Part shown: positions 42,801-51,000 of the stretch, piece after piece
Numbering within the stretch: position 1 is the first letter of the stretch
How the letters are laid out: each line of letters starts with the position of its first letter
Source: an uncultured delta proteobacterium
GTDB lineage: Bacteria > Desulfobacterota > Desulfuromonadia > Geobacterales > DSM-12255
DNA length: 64,000 nt
Reading direction: 5' to 3'
Assembly (NCBI GenBank): GCA_963787125.1
Contig: CAWBBV010000006.1
Location: 128,001 to 192,000, forward strand
Position numbers and translations under genes: made by a program
Notes under the pieces: generated by a model
Database searches by the model: none
Told to the model about the DNA's origin: nothing
Seen by the model: only the letters and a program-made list of their open reading frames with translations

Positions 42801-43578
42801 CGGCTATACCATGAATGCCAATGTTCCACCGGCTTCAGGCGGAGAGGACTTCACCGCCGTCTCTTTAGGCGCAAACTACACCGAGAAAAAACTCACCTGG
42901 TCAAACAGAGCCGAATACCGTAACAGTCGCACTGATGACAAATGGGGACTGGTTTCCGGCCTGATTAACGAGCAGGGGCTCAACTGGGGTTGGACAACCA
43001 GATTGCAACTGTTCCATACTCAGTCTGTCGGCGGCAACAGCAACACTAATGCAGACTTGAGATTCGGCCTTGCTTACCGGCCACCGGTGACAAAGTGGAT
43101 AATTCTCGATCGCCTCGACCTTCTGGCAACCGATACGAAGACCGCCACTTCTTCCACTCTGGGGAAACGTCTCGTCAATAATTTAAACGCCAACTACAAA
43201 CCGGACAAGAAAACACAACTCTCGATCCAGTATGGCGCAAAATATGTGCTGGAGAGTATTGATGACAAGGATTACAGCGGCTACACCGATCTGATCGGAC
43301 TTGAAGGTCGCTATGACATCACCAAGGAGTGGGATATCGGTTTAAGAGCTTCACTGCTCCATACCTGGGCAATTGACCAGTTCAAATACAGCCTCGGCTC
43401 TTCCGTCGGCTACAATGTCACGGAAAACGCCTGGCTCAGCCTCGGTTACAACTTTGCCGGTTTCACGGACAAAGACTTTTCAGCGGCAAATTACACAGCA
43501 CAGGGGCCTTTTGTCCAGTTCCGCTTCAAGTTTGACCAGAACTCGGTCAAGGACGGCTTAAAGTCGTTGAACCAGTAA
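36805..43578 (+). CDS. Very large outer-membrane protein with DUF11 domains, an OmpA-like peptidoglycan-binding domain and a C-terminal beta-barrel region (likely start 36952)
   Basis: Signal peptide MKWLWT...AIG, one complete DUF11, VVGHTD...LSFARA..V...NRRVEV OmpA motif, long amphipathic beta-strand C-terminus ending QFRFKF... Confidence 0.88.
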   Translation: MLITRTQNFCSRISGSFAAALPRISGGNDATAPRHATEVRPVHSHGNNTMKWLWTALFLICLAPFQAIGASNNTQIVNRAQLNSDAPAAIATNVVTLQTGRTASTVEFLKYAPGVAGTVNTHVGNSYYKDSSAAFTPVNNPVAVGTGTPIDLSAPVPLMKTTMYHAGEPLFVKVTDLDQNLDRTVAETVLVTLTDKTTGDTEVLRITETGPDTGIFIGYIQTASTAANGAGNGVLTVSESSSIDAHYVDTVDGTDSSADAALVDPFGILFDTMTGNPVDGATIELLNADGTAATVYGDNGQPTNSYPNKVISGSTAKDAEGNTYTFTPGGYRFPYVNPGSYILKVTPTNNYSSPSTATTQSIQVLPGAPYVILEPGSRGETFTVPAGPAIRVDIPQDPKIGTLWLTKSPGKGIISAGERLNYDLTLENNSAVGTIFSPVITDILPPGFRYEKGSTRINGTAAPDPSISPDGSSMTFALATIPPATTITLRYVVGIGAGAKTGTATNIAFVNAAAAVKSNIAKAAVLVQEPFMQSRNIIMGRVSVGVCGDNGDDNKKGMADIGIYLEDGTFVMSDRFGMFHFEGVQSGSHVVQLDLDSIPEGYKILPCEQNSRFAGRAYSQFVDLQGGTMWRTDFYLGKDLLTQPTAVASTEKSTAAGRGAEAQPATEVATQIASVEKSSAADSKLAAASVKGSDTATPVNYKGEISLEMISSQSGDFIDYRIPLQTATVPLTNLRLTVTLPAGAIYVKGSSSLDSAALTDPTVIAGRILAYQLGATGADSQQELRFRVTIDRKARGGELQTKAGLTFDSPATKDITAPAVDNLLSLVKEEGRLALPKIVIRPQFPTFGAELSEEDRKQLDELAQMLARFKIDHIDVVGHTDIVRIAPRSRNIYADNTALSFARAKSVGRYLTAALHLPPESLNLSGSGEREPIATNKTAEGRTLNRRVEVNVSAAQTIETSRLTITKERSGLKKQDTTGVTMKQTGEELNNLSPLQPKYETMVVQPASNATETVIAAGNSASAAPLQQVARQEKMAKQETTSTQKNTSALIPAKSEEHVALFSAINEGVVHYRLKLVNIKEPLKNVTATLITPKSFLYVTGTSKLAGLSIADPASTEAVVSYSFTQLQDAKTFDVTLQALIDGDDRNEALGSSVTVVIADKDGKPLKTYTATAELSDNMEDINKQDIPVTAPVNAAAAENNEKEPGIKTNEQLYEYIEKVALKTKDAKTDAAVTDSGLHVKEMEGILSPADTSILATRINAVRIVLNSALTPVLTVDGKEVSAERIGFSMKDKESGKSLYTYIGVDFGEEGEHLLQLKGVDGFNVARFDKTAKITRTGEIASIRLVSAENNIADGKTPVRVRVQLFDKLDKPVPANAELSIKGGDLKVITIGESYSRTAGNATVTVAEDGWISFAPVTSSGLYRTHLAYNKAEIDIETYVKPKMRDWILVGLAEGTAGYNTVSGHMENLKNSGEEDHLYDKERLALYAKGTVKGEWLMTMAYDSAKKNTGVVGNGLFQTIDPNSYYTIYGDSSAQMYDSASQRKLYLKIEREQFYAMFGDYDTGLTFTELSRYSRRMNGVKSEYRSKNYDVTVFGSETGQSFVKDELRGDGTSGLYRLSKQGIVLNSEKITIESRDRFHSEVITETRQMNRFVDYSIDYDTGAIFFKSPVPNRDEKLNPVYIIVDYEILNAGKDALTYGGHAATRLMNGKLQVGGTYVHEGHISGSGNLYGADATAILAPGTKARAEFAATNDDTGVKKSGNAYLAEVVHTGKSIDGKVYFREQEEGFGLGQQKASEGGTRKFGVEAAYRLNNKVTLNSQGYRQYNLSTGAVRDFAETLASYNEKQYTLRTGIRYANDTLPDGTNATSVLATAGGSWKSADQKLTLRADHDQALFSKNINTDFPTRSVLGVDYQATKAVTLFAQEELTYGAAANTNTTRVGVKSTPWSGGTVNSSVVNDIRENGERTFANVGLTQKWQLNPHWAVDGGLDHSETIHKKIGYTMNANVPPASGGEDFTAVSLGANYTEKKLTWSNRAEYRNSRTDDKWGLVSGLINEQGLNWGWTTRLQLFHTQSVGGNSNTNADLRFGLAYRPPVTKWIILDRLDLLATDTKTATSSTLGKRLVNNLNANYKPDKKTQLSIQYGAKYVLESIDDKDYSGYTDLIGLEGRYDITKEWDIGLRASLLHTWAIDQFKYSLGSSVGYNVTENAWLSLGYNFAGFTDKDFSAANYTAQGPFVQFRFKFDQNSVKDGLKSLNQ

Positions 43579-43733
43579 GTCGTCGTGGGTAACAGCACAG
43601 GGGTACGGCTGGCAGGATTTCGCCACCAGTGCACTGCCGGAATGAGTAACCACCTGATTGTCAGTCGTTCATTTCAAAGGCTCACCATGCAACAAGGCAA
43701 TAAAAAAAAATATCTGCATCTCAGCTGACAGCT

Positions 43734-46700
43734 ATGGGCAGACTGTCTAACCGGGCAGCCGGGGCCATCAAACCAGCCCTGAAGTGTCTTGCGGGCATGG
43801 CCTTCACCGCTTTGTTGATCGTGATGATAACGAGCCTTCCGGCGCACGCGGTCCAGCGCAGCTTCCTCAACAACGGTTTCGAGTCGATCTGGGGACCATT
43901 GGTCGGCGCGAACACTAACTATTGCTGGGTATACGATGGTTCTGAGTACCCTTGGTTATCAAACGACAACTCAGCTGCTGGCACCGGCCCATGTAATGGT
44001 TACAACGGCGGCAGCTATGGCAGCGGAACCAACATTGTCGAAATCTGGTTCAACAATTTTAATGGGGTTCCAGCACGCGCGGGGAATGTCCACGCCGAGC
44101 TCAACGCCAACACCGCTTCCACCCTCCATCAGAATGTCTGTGTGCTGCAGAACGAGGATATAACCTGGCGGCTCAGCCATCGGGGAAGAGATGGCGTAGA
44201 TCAGATGCAATACTACATCGGCAACGCCGTGACCGGCATGGTGCTTGACGCATCCACCGGCAACACCGGCGCGACGACTATCAACGCCTGCCAGACCGGA
44301 ACTTCTGTAACTACCACCAGCGCCTGTACACAGTCCACAGTTAACACCTGGGGAGATTATGGCGGCGTCTTCAAGTGGTTGGGCCCTTCAGCTGTCACCT
44401 CTGTCAACTTCCAGGCGATCAGCACCAATGGGGGGGCCGGATCGCTCACCGTCGGCAACTTCCTCGACGAGGTCTATTTCTACCTCAAGCCCATCGTCGA
44501 GTTCTCTGCCAGCAACAGCAGCGGTCTGGAGTCGGTCGCGACGCCGGCTTCGCCCAAATTGCGCGTGGTCGGTGCGCTGACCTCCCCTCTCACCGTTTCC
44601 GTTTCGATCACCGGCGGCACGGCAGTGCGTGGAATCGATTATACCACCCCCAACGGATCAGCAGATTTCACGGTCACCATCCCGGTCGGCAATTACGTTG
44701 AAACCGATTCGTTCAACACCGGCATCCAGATCATCAATGACAAGATCGCCAATGGTGACAGAACCATCATCATGAAGGTCAACGCCGATTCCGCCTACAT
44801 CATCAGTTCTTCTGCGACCTGCGGCGGGGCAGTCAATAACCCGGCCACCTACACCATCCTCGACGACGACGCTAACATCCGGCTTATCAAGACCACCATC
44901 GGCGGCACCGGCACCTTCACGTACACCCTCACCAACGTCGACACCAATCTGGTCACCGCCGGCAACCAGACTGCCGCCAGCATCACTACAACCGTAGCGG
45001 GAACGCCGGTAGAGTTCGACGCCGACAGCGGCACGGCCGGGATCCAGCCGATCTTGGTGGCTGCCGTCGGTACGAGAGTGGACATCACTGAAACGATCCC
45101 TGGTGGGTGGTCCTTGTCCGGCAGCTGTTCAGTGACCGGCGGCACCAACCCGACCGCCGCGCCTATCGCCATCAACTCCACAACAGGCTTTGTGAGGATA
45201 CCGTCCGCAAATTTGACAGCGGGCTCGACTGCGACCTGCTTTTTCAATAACACCAATAGTCTAAGCCTGACCAAGGGCTTCAGCACCGGCACCATAGGTG
45301 TCGGCCAAACCGCCAGGTTGACCTACACTATTACTAATCCGGCAGGGGGGACAGCCAAAACCGGCCTCAGCTTTACCGACTCATTCCAGTCAAACCTCGT
45401 TGTTGCGGCAACGCCGAACGTTGTGAACAACTGCGGCGGCACGACGCCAACAGCTACTGGAGGTAACACATCGTTCGCAGTTACCAGCGTCAACGCCGCG
45501 GCCGGCACTTCCACCTGCACCATCTCCGTGGATGTGACCAGCACTATTGCCGGCAGTTACGTAAACGGCTATGGGCAGGTTTCGACGACTGCCCCTCTGG
45601 TTAACGGCGTTACCGCCCAGACGCTGAACGTCGTCCAAGCCGGCCTGACAAAATCCTTCAACCCCACCACCATCGACCCGGGCGGCACCAGTACGCTGAC
45701 CTTCACCCTGGCCAACGGCAGCGGTAACCCGGCCCAATCCGGCATTAACTTCAAAGACACCCTGCCTGCCAATGTCGCGGTGGCGGGAACGCCGGCAATC
45801 ACATCCACCTGTTTATCAGGAACAGGCGTTGTGACGACCACTGCCGGCCCTCCCGGCACCATCACCGTTACCGGCGCGTCCATGAGTAACGACATGGCCA
45901 CCTGCACGATCACAGTCAACGTAACAAGCAACGTGCCGGGCGGCCCTTACAGTAACACCAGCGGCAGTATCTCCGGACTGGCAAGGTTGACCAACAATGT
46001 CACCCAGAGCGACCTGTACGTCCGGGGCGTTAACCTGACCAAATCCTTCAATACCGGGACCATCGCCGTCGGCCAGACCGCCAGACTGACCTTCGCCATC
46101 CAGAATCCGGCAGGGTCCGCGGCAAAAACCGGCCTCAGCTTCACCGACTTGTTCCCAACCGGCCTCGTCATTGCTGCGACGCCGAATGTGGTCAATACCT
46201 GCGGCGGGACGACACCATCGGCTAGCGGCGGAGCCACATCGTTTGTCGTTAACAGTGTCAACTCCGCAGTGGGCCCCTCAACCTGCACCATCGCCGTAAA
46301 CGTGACCAGCAGCAGTGCCAGCAACGGCTATGTCAACGGCGCCGGCCAGCTGACGGTCACTGCACCGCTGTTGAACGGCGTTACCGACCAGACACTGAAG
46401 GTGCTCGCCCCGCCGACCATCGCCAAGGCCTTCGGCGCAGCCAGCATCAGCCTGAACGGGACAACCTCACTTAACCTCACCGTGACCAACCTCAACACCG
46501 GCACCGCCATCAGCGGCATTGCCTTCACCGACACCCTGCCGCCCGGCCTCACTGCCGCTAATGGCACCACGGCGGCCTGCAACGGCGGTTCGCTGGTTAT
46601 TTCGGGCAGTAACCTGCTGACTTTCACTGGCGGCACTCTGGCAGCCGGCGCCAACTGCGTCATCTCCGCCACCGTAACCGGCACCTCCACCGGTGCCAAG

Positions 46701-47840
46701 AACAACACCACCGGAGCAGTTTCTGCCAGCGGGCCGATTACCCTCAACGGTCTAGTCTCCAACACTGCCACGGTAACTGTCCGGCCGATTCCGACGGTAC
46801 AGATACAGAAAACCTCCACCAACGGCACCGGCGCTTTTGGCTATACCATGACAAACCTGGCAGCTGCTACCGCAACTATTACCACAGTAACTGCCGGCAC
46901 TGCAGTGAACGGCACAGCCAACAATGTGACGTTGACGACGAGCAATGTCACCATCACCGAGGGGACCGTCCCGTCAGGCTGGCCCGCCAATCCGGTCTCT
47001 GCGTCCTGTTCCGATTCCAACAGTGCGGTCACCGGTAACCCTGCTTCTTTCGGCTCACTGGCAGGAAACGTACTCACGATCCTTTCGGCCAATCTTCTGC
47101 CAGGGGGGGTGATCACCTGTTCGTTCGTGAACACGGCAACCGCCACCATCACCGTCAACAAAACGCTCTCCCCTTCATCAAGCGGCGGCACCTTTAATCT
47201 ACTTGTCGGGGCCGCCACGGTTGCCTCAGCAGTCGGCAACGGCGGCAGCGGCGTTGCAACAGTGCCGGTTGGCGTGACAGTGTCTGTCAGTGAAACTGCT
47301 GCCGGCACAACCAATCTGGCTGATTACGATTCATCCTATAGCTGTACCGGAGGGGTTACCGGTTCGGGAACCAGTGTCAACATTACACCGACCATTGGCC
47401 TGGCAGTTACCTGCACTTTCACCAACACTCTCAGGATGCCGCTCCTCTCCATACTCAAATCTGCCAACAGAGCAACCGTTAACCCCGGACAAGTCATCGT
47501 CTATACCGTGCAGGTCGTCAATTCCGGCGCCGGAGTGGGCACCAATGTCGTCCTGACTGATGACCTCAGTCCTTACTCATCGTTTGGCCTGAACAGTTAC
47601 GGAGCTGGCGTCCGTTTCGCCTTTACCGACAGCACTCCGACACCATCAGGACTCTCGCTCGGCACGCCGGAGTATTCCTACACCAATGGTTCAAGCTGGT
47701 TCACAGCGCCTCTCACTGATCAAGGCGGCGGTGCTCCAAGCGGCTATGACGGCCTCGTCACCAACTGGAGAATCCCAATGACCGGCACCATCAGGGCAGG
47801 TGGCAGCTTTATTCTCAATTACCAGGTGATTGTGAAGTAG
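43734..47840 (+). CDS. Large secreted adhesin 1 (Cys-containing N-domain, Calx-beta-like domain, CnaB-like and DUF11-like repeats, terminal truncated DUF11)
   Basis: Signal peptide ending AHA; YTILDDD; four (L/I)xKxF repeats; three K..E..TC.F.N domains; ends NYQVIVK. Confidence 0.85.
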   Translation: MGRLSNRAAGAIKPALKCLAGMAFTALLIVMITSLPAHAVQRSFLNNGFESIWGPLVGANTNYCWVYDGSEYPWLSNDNSAAGTGPCNGYNGGSYGSGTNIVEIWFNNFNGVPARAGNVHAELNANTASTLHQNVCVLQNEDITWRLSHRGRDGVDQMQYYIGNAVTGMVLDASTGNTGATTINACQTGTSVTTTSACTQSTVNTWGDYGGVFKWLGPSAVTSVNFQAISTNGGAGSLTVGNFLDEVYFYLKPIVEFSASNSSGLESVATPASPKLRVVGALTSPLTVSVSITGGTAVRGIDYTTPNGSADFTVTIPVGNYVETDSFNTGIQIINDKIANGDRTIIMKVNADSAYIISSSATCGGAVNNPATYTILDDDANIRLIKTTIGGTGTFTYTLTNVDTNLVTAGNQTAASITTTVAGTPVEFDADSGTAGIQPILVAAVGTRVDITETIPGGWSLSGSCSVTGGTNPTAAPIAINSTTGFVRIPSANLTAGSTATCFFNNTNSLSLTKGFSTGTIGVGQTARLTYTITNPAGGTAKTGLSFTDSFQSNLVVAATPNVVNNCGGTTPTATGGNTSFAVTSVNAAAGTSTCTISVDVTSTIAGSYVNGYGQVSTTAPLVNGVTAQTLNVVQAGLTKSFNPTTIDPGGTSTLTFTLANGSGNPAQSGINFKDTLPANVAVAGTPAITSTCLSGTGVVTTTAGPPGTITVTGASMSNDMATCTITVNVTSNVPGGPYSNTSGSISGLARLTNNVTQSDLYVRGVNLTKSFNTGTIAVGQTARLTFAIQNPAGSAAKTGLSFTDLFPTGLVIAATPNVVNTCGGTTPSASGGATSFVVNSVNSAVGPSTCTIAVNVTSSSASNGYVNGAGQLTVTAPLLNGVTDQTLKVLAPPTIAKAFGAASISLNGTTSLNLTVTNLNTGTAISGIAFTDTLPPGLTAANGTTAACNGGSLVISGSNLLTFTGGTLAAGANCVISATVTGTSTGAKNNTTGAVSASGPITLNGLVSNTATVTVRPIPTVQIQKTSTNGTGAFGYTMTNLAAATATITTVTAGTAVNGTANNVTLTTSNVTITEGTVPSGWPANPVSASCSDSNSAVTGNPASFGSLAGNVLTILSANLLPGGVITCSFVNTATATITVNKTLSPSSSGGTFNLLVGAATVASAVGNGGSGVATVPVGVTVSVSETAAGTTNLADYDSSYSCTGGVTGSGTSVNITPTIGLAVTCTFTNTLRMPLLSILKSANRATVNPGQVIVYTVQVVNSGAGVGTNVVLTDDLSPYSSFGLNSYGAGVRFAFTDSTPTPSGLSLGTPEYSYTNGSSWFTAPLTDQGGGAPSGYDGLVTNWRIPMTGTIRAGGSFILNYQVIVK
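47487..47836 (+). repeat. 3' segment of adhesin 1 shared with adhesin 2 (copy 1)
   Basis: 47487-47542 is identical to 53378-53433 (56 nt); 47778-47836 matches 53660-53718 at 58/59. Confidence 0.9.
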
Positions 47841-48022
47841 GCACGTAGCCAACTTAGTTAAACTCTGGATATATTATCCCGGTGATAAATGACTCTAATT
47901 GAGATGGTACCCACTACAGGCTGCTAATCCCGGTCAACCGGGAAATTTTTGATATATTTGCATAGAAGAATTTTTGCGGAGATGCTCAGATTGTAATCGC
48001 AATGATTTGCGGAGAAACAGCA

Positions 48023-51000
48023 ATGCTAAATATTTCAAAATCACTTCTTACCATTCCCTCCCCGGCGAAATTTTATTGCCGTCGTTTTCTGCTGCTATTC
48101 TATCAACTATTACTCGCTTATCTGATCCTCCCGCTCTTCAGTATTTGCGTGGCTCACGCCGCTGTCATCAACGAACCGATGACCAATGCCACTGCGCCAT
48201 CCTGGGTTATCGGCGGTTCAGCCTTCCTGACCGCCAGCTCCGGTCTTGACCCGAACGGCAACGGCTGGCTGCGGCTGACAGATCTCAACACGAATCAGGC
48301 CGGCTTCGCTTATCTTGACTCCGGTTTCAGCATCTCCTCCGGCGCAGTGATTTCTTTTGATTACACGTCATGGGGGGGGGCTGGTGACGGCGGATTCGGC
48401 TGCGGCAACACCGGTGCCGATGGCTACAGCGTGTTCCTGTTTGACGGCTCGCAAAGTTTTTCGGTCGGCGCCACGGGCGGATCACTCGGCTATGCGCAAA
48501 AGACAGTTGCACCGGTCAATACAGGCCTTGCCTATGGCTATATCGGTATCGGCGTTGACGAGTGGGGTAACTTCGCCAACCAGACAGAAGGGCGGATCGG
48601 CGGTGTGGGGGGTATTTGTAACGGCGTAGCAGTGCGCGGCCCCTACAACCATCCATCCGGCAAATACAACTATCTTGGCGGCAACGCCAGTGGAGCCGTG
48701 CTCGCCTATCCAGGACTGGCCTTCCGCCCCCAGCAGGATGGCGGCCAGTACCGCAAAGTTCTCATCTATCTCACCCCCCAGGCAGCGCCCAACTACCTGA
48801 AAGTAGACGTCTACCTGCAATCAGGCTACAGTAGCTTCCCGGTTCAGGTAGTCAATGGACTCATGGTCGCCCAGCCCATTCCGGCAACGGTCAAGATCGG
48901 CTATGCCGCCAGCACCGGCGGGTCGAACAACTATCATGAGATTCGTAATCTGATCATCGATCCGCTCCCCACTTCCGATATCGACCTGACAATGGCAAAA
49001 ACCGTTTCCTCTTCTACGGTGACGCAAGGGGGGGCGATCTCGTATGGCCTTATCGTGCGCAATACCGGCCCGCTTAATGTTACCGCCACCAACGTGCCGA
49101 TCACCGACACAATTCCTGCAGCCATAACCGGGGTCACCTGGACCTGCGCCGGCTCAGGCGGCGCAACCTGCGGTGCGGCGTCAGGCAGCGGCAACAGCAT
49201 CAACACCACAACAACACTCCCCCTGAACGGCTACGCGACCTACACCATCAGCGGTACCGTCAGCGCGGCAACCCCGCTCGGCACGGTTATCAACAATACT
49301 GCCACCCTGACCCCGCCGGCAGGGATCACCGATCTGAACGCCGGCAACAACAGCGACACAGCAACCACGACTGTTACCAGCGGCACTGTTGCCCTGTCAG
49401 GAAACATCTTCATTGACAACGGCGCTGGCGGCGGCACCGCCTACGATGGCATCAAAAACGGCACTGAAGCCAATGTTACTGCCACGACCATCGGCAATAC
49501 CTACTATGTCAAGGTCTACCGGTCCAGCGACCTCACCACGCAGGTCGGGATTGCGACAGTGGCGGGCGGTGCAAGCACCTATTCCATCAACGTTCCTGCT
49601 TACGGCACGTATACGGTCATTCTCAGTTCAGACAATACGACTAACTTTACCCCCTCCTTACCAAACGTTCAGTATATCTATACTTTGCCCCTGAACTTCA
49701 CCCTGACGAATGTAGTAACAAGCGGCGCCGCCCTGCCCAATCAGAACTTCGGTGTATTTCGTGGCAGCCGCATCAGCGGCAAGGTCATCCGTGACACCGG
49801 CTTGAACGGCAGCATTGCCAATGCCAACGATGGCATACTCAACGCCGCCGAGACCGGCATTTCCGGCGTTACCGTTACCTTGCGCAACAATACCGGCGGA
49901 ACTACTTATGATACCGAAATTACCGATGCTAATGGTAATTTTACCCTTTATACCAATCTTGCCACCACTCCCCTGCGCATTTATGAAGCAAACCCGGTCG
50001 GCTACACGTCGGTGAACGCAAATATCGGTACCACCGGCGGCACCTACACCATCGGCACCGATTTCATCGACTTTCCCGGCTACACCCGGTATACCGATTA
50101 CAGCGGCATCATTTTCAGTGATGTTCCTAACAACACCTTCCTTCCGACACCGCAAAGCGCCGGCGGATCGTCACAAGCCCCGGTATACTTCCCCCATACC
50201 TTCACCCCTGGCAGCGGCGGCAGCGTCACTTTCGCCACCACCGGGCGAACCCAGACGACCTGGCCGGCGATAGTCTACTATCGCGACACAAACTGCAGCG
50301 GTACCTATAACCCGGGCGAACCGGTCATCAGCGGGGCAATTACCGCCTCGGCCAACACCCCGATCTGCATCCTGGTAATGGATACTGTTCCCGGTGGCAC
50401 CACCCCCCCCGCAACCGACACCATTACCACGACGGCAACCTTCACTTTCACCAACTCTGTCGGCCCGGTAACTTCAACGCATGCGGTTATTGACACCCTG
50501 AACGTCTATACACCGCCGACCCTCACCAAGACCTTTGGAGCGTCGAGCATCCTTGCCGGGGGCAACACGACCCTGACCTTGACTCTAACCAATCCGGCCG
50601 CCAATCCTGCCGCTATCACCACCGTCAGCATGGATGACACCTTCCCCGCCGGGCTGACCCTGCAGAACAATACAATCACCTTCACCCCGGCTTTCTGCGG
50701 TACGGTCACCAGGATCTCCGGCGCTGCTTCGGCAGCCGGCGACAACAATGTCCGCTTTACCGCCGGATCCATAGCTTCAGCAGCCACCTGCCGGGCGGTA
50801 ATGAATGTTACCAGTTCGACCGCCGGCAGTATCACCAACACCACCACAGCGCCGACAGCGGCCGGACCGGCAACAACCACCGGCACTGCGGCTTCGGCGG
50901 TGCTGATCATCTATGCCAAACCGACGGTCAGCAAAGCTTTCGGCTCTTCCACCATTTCCAGCGGCGACAGCACCACCATGACCCTGACACTCACAAACCC

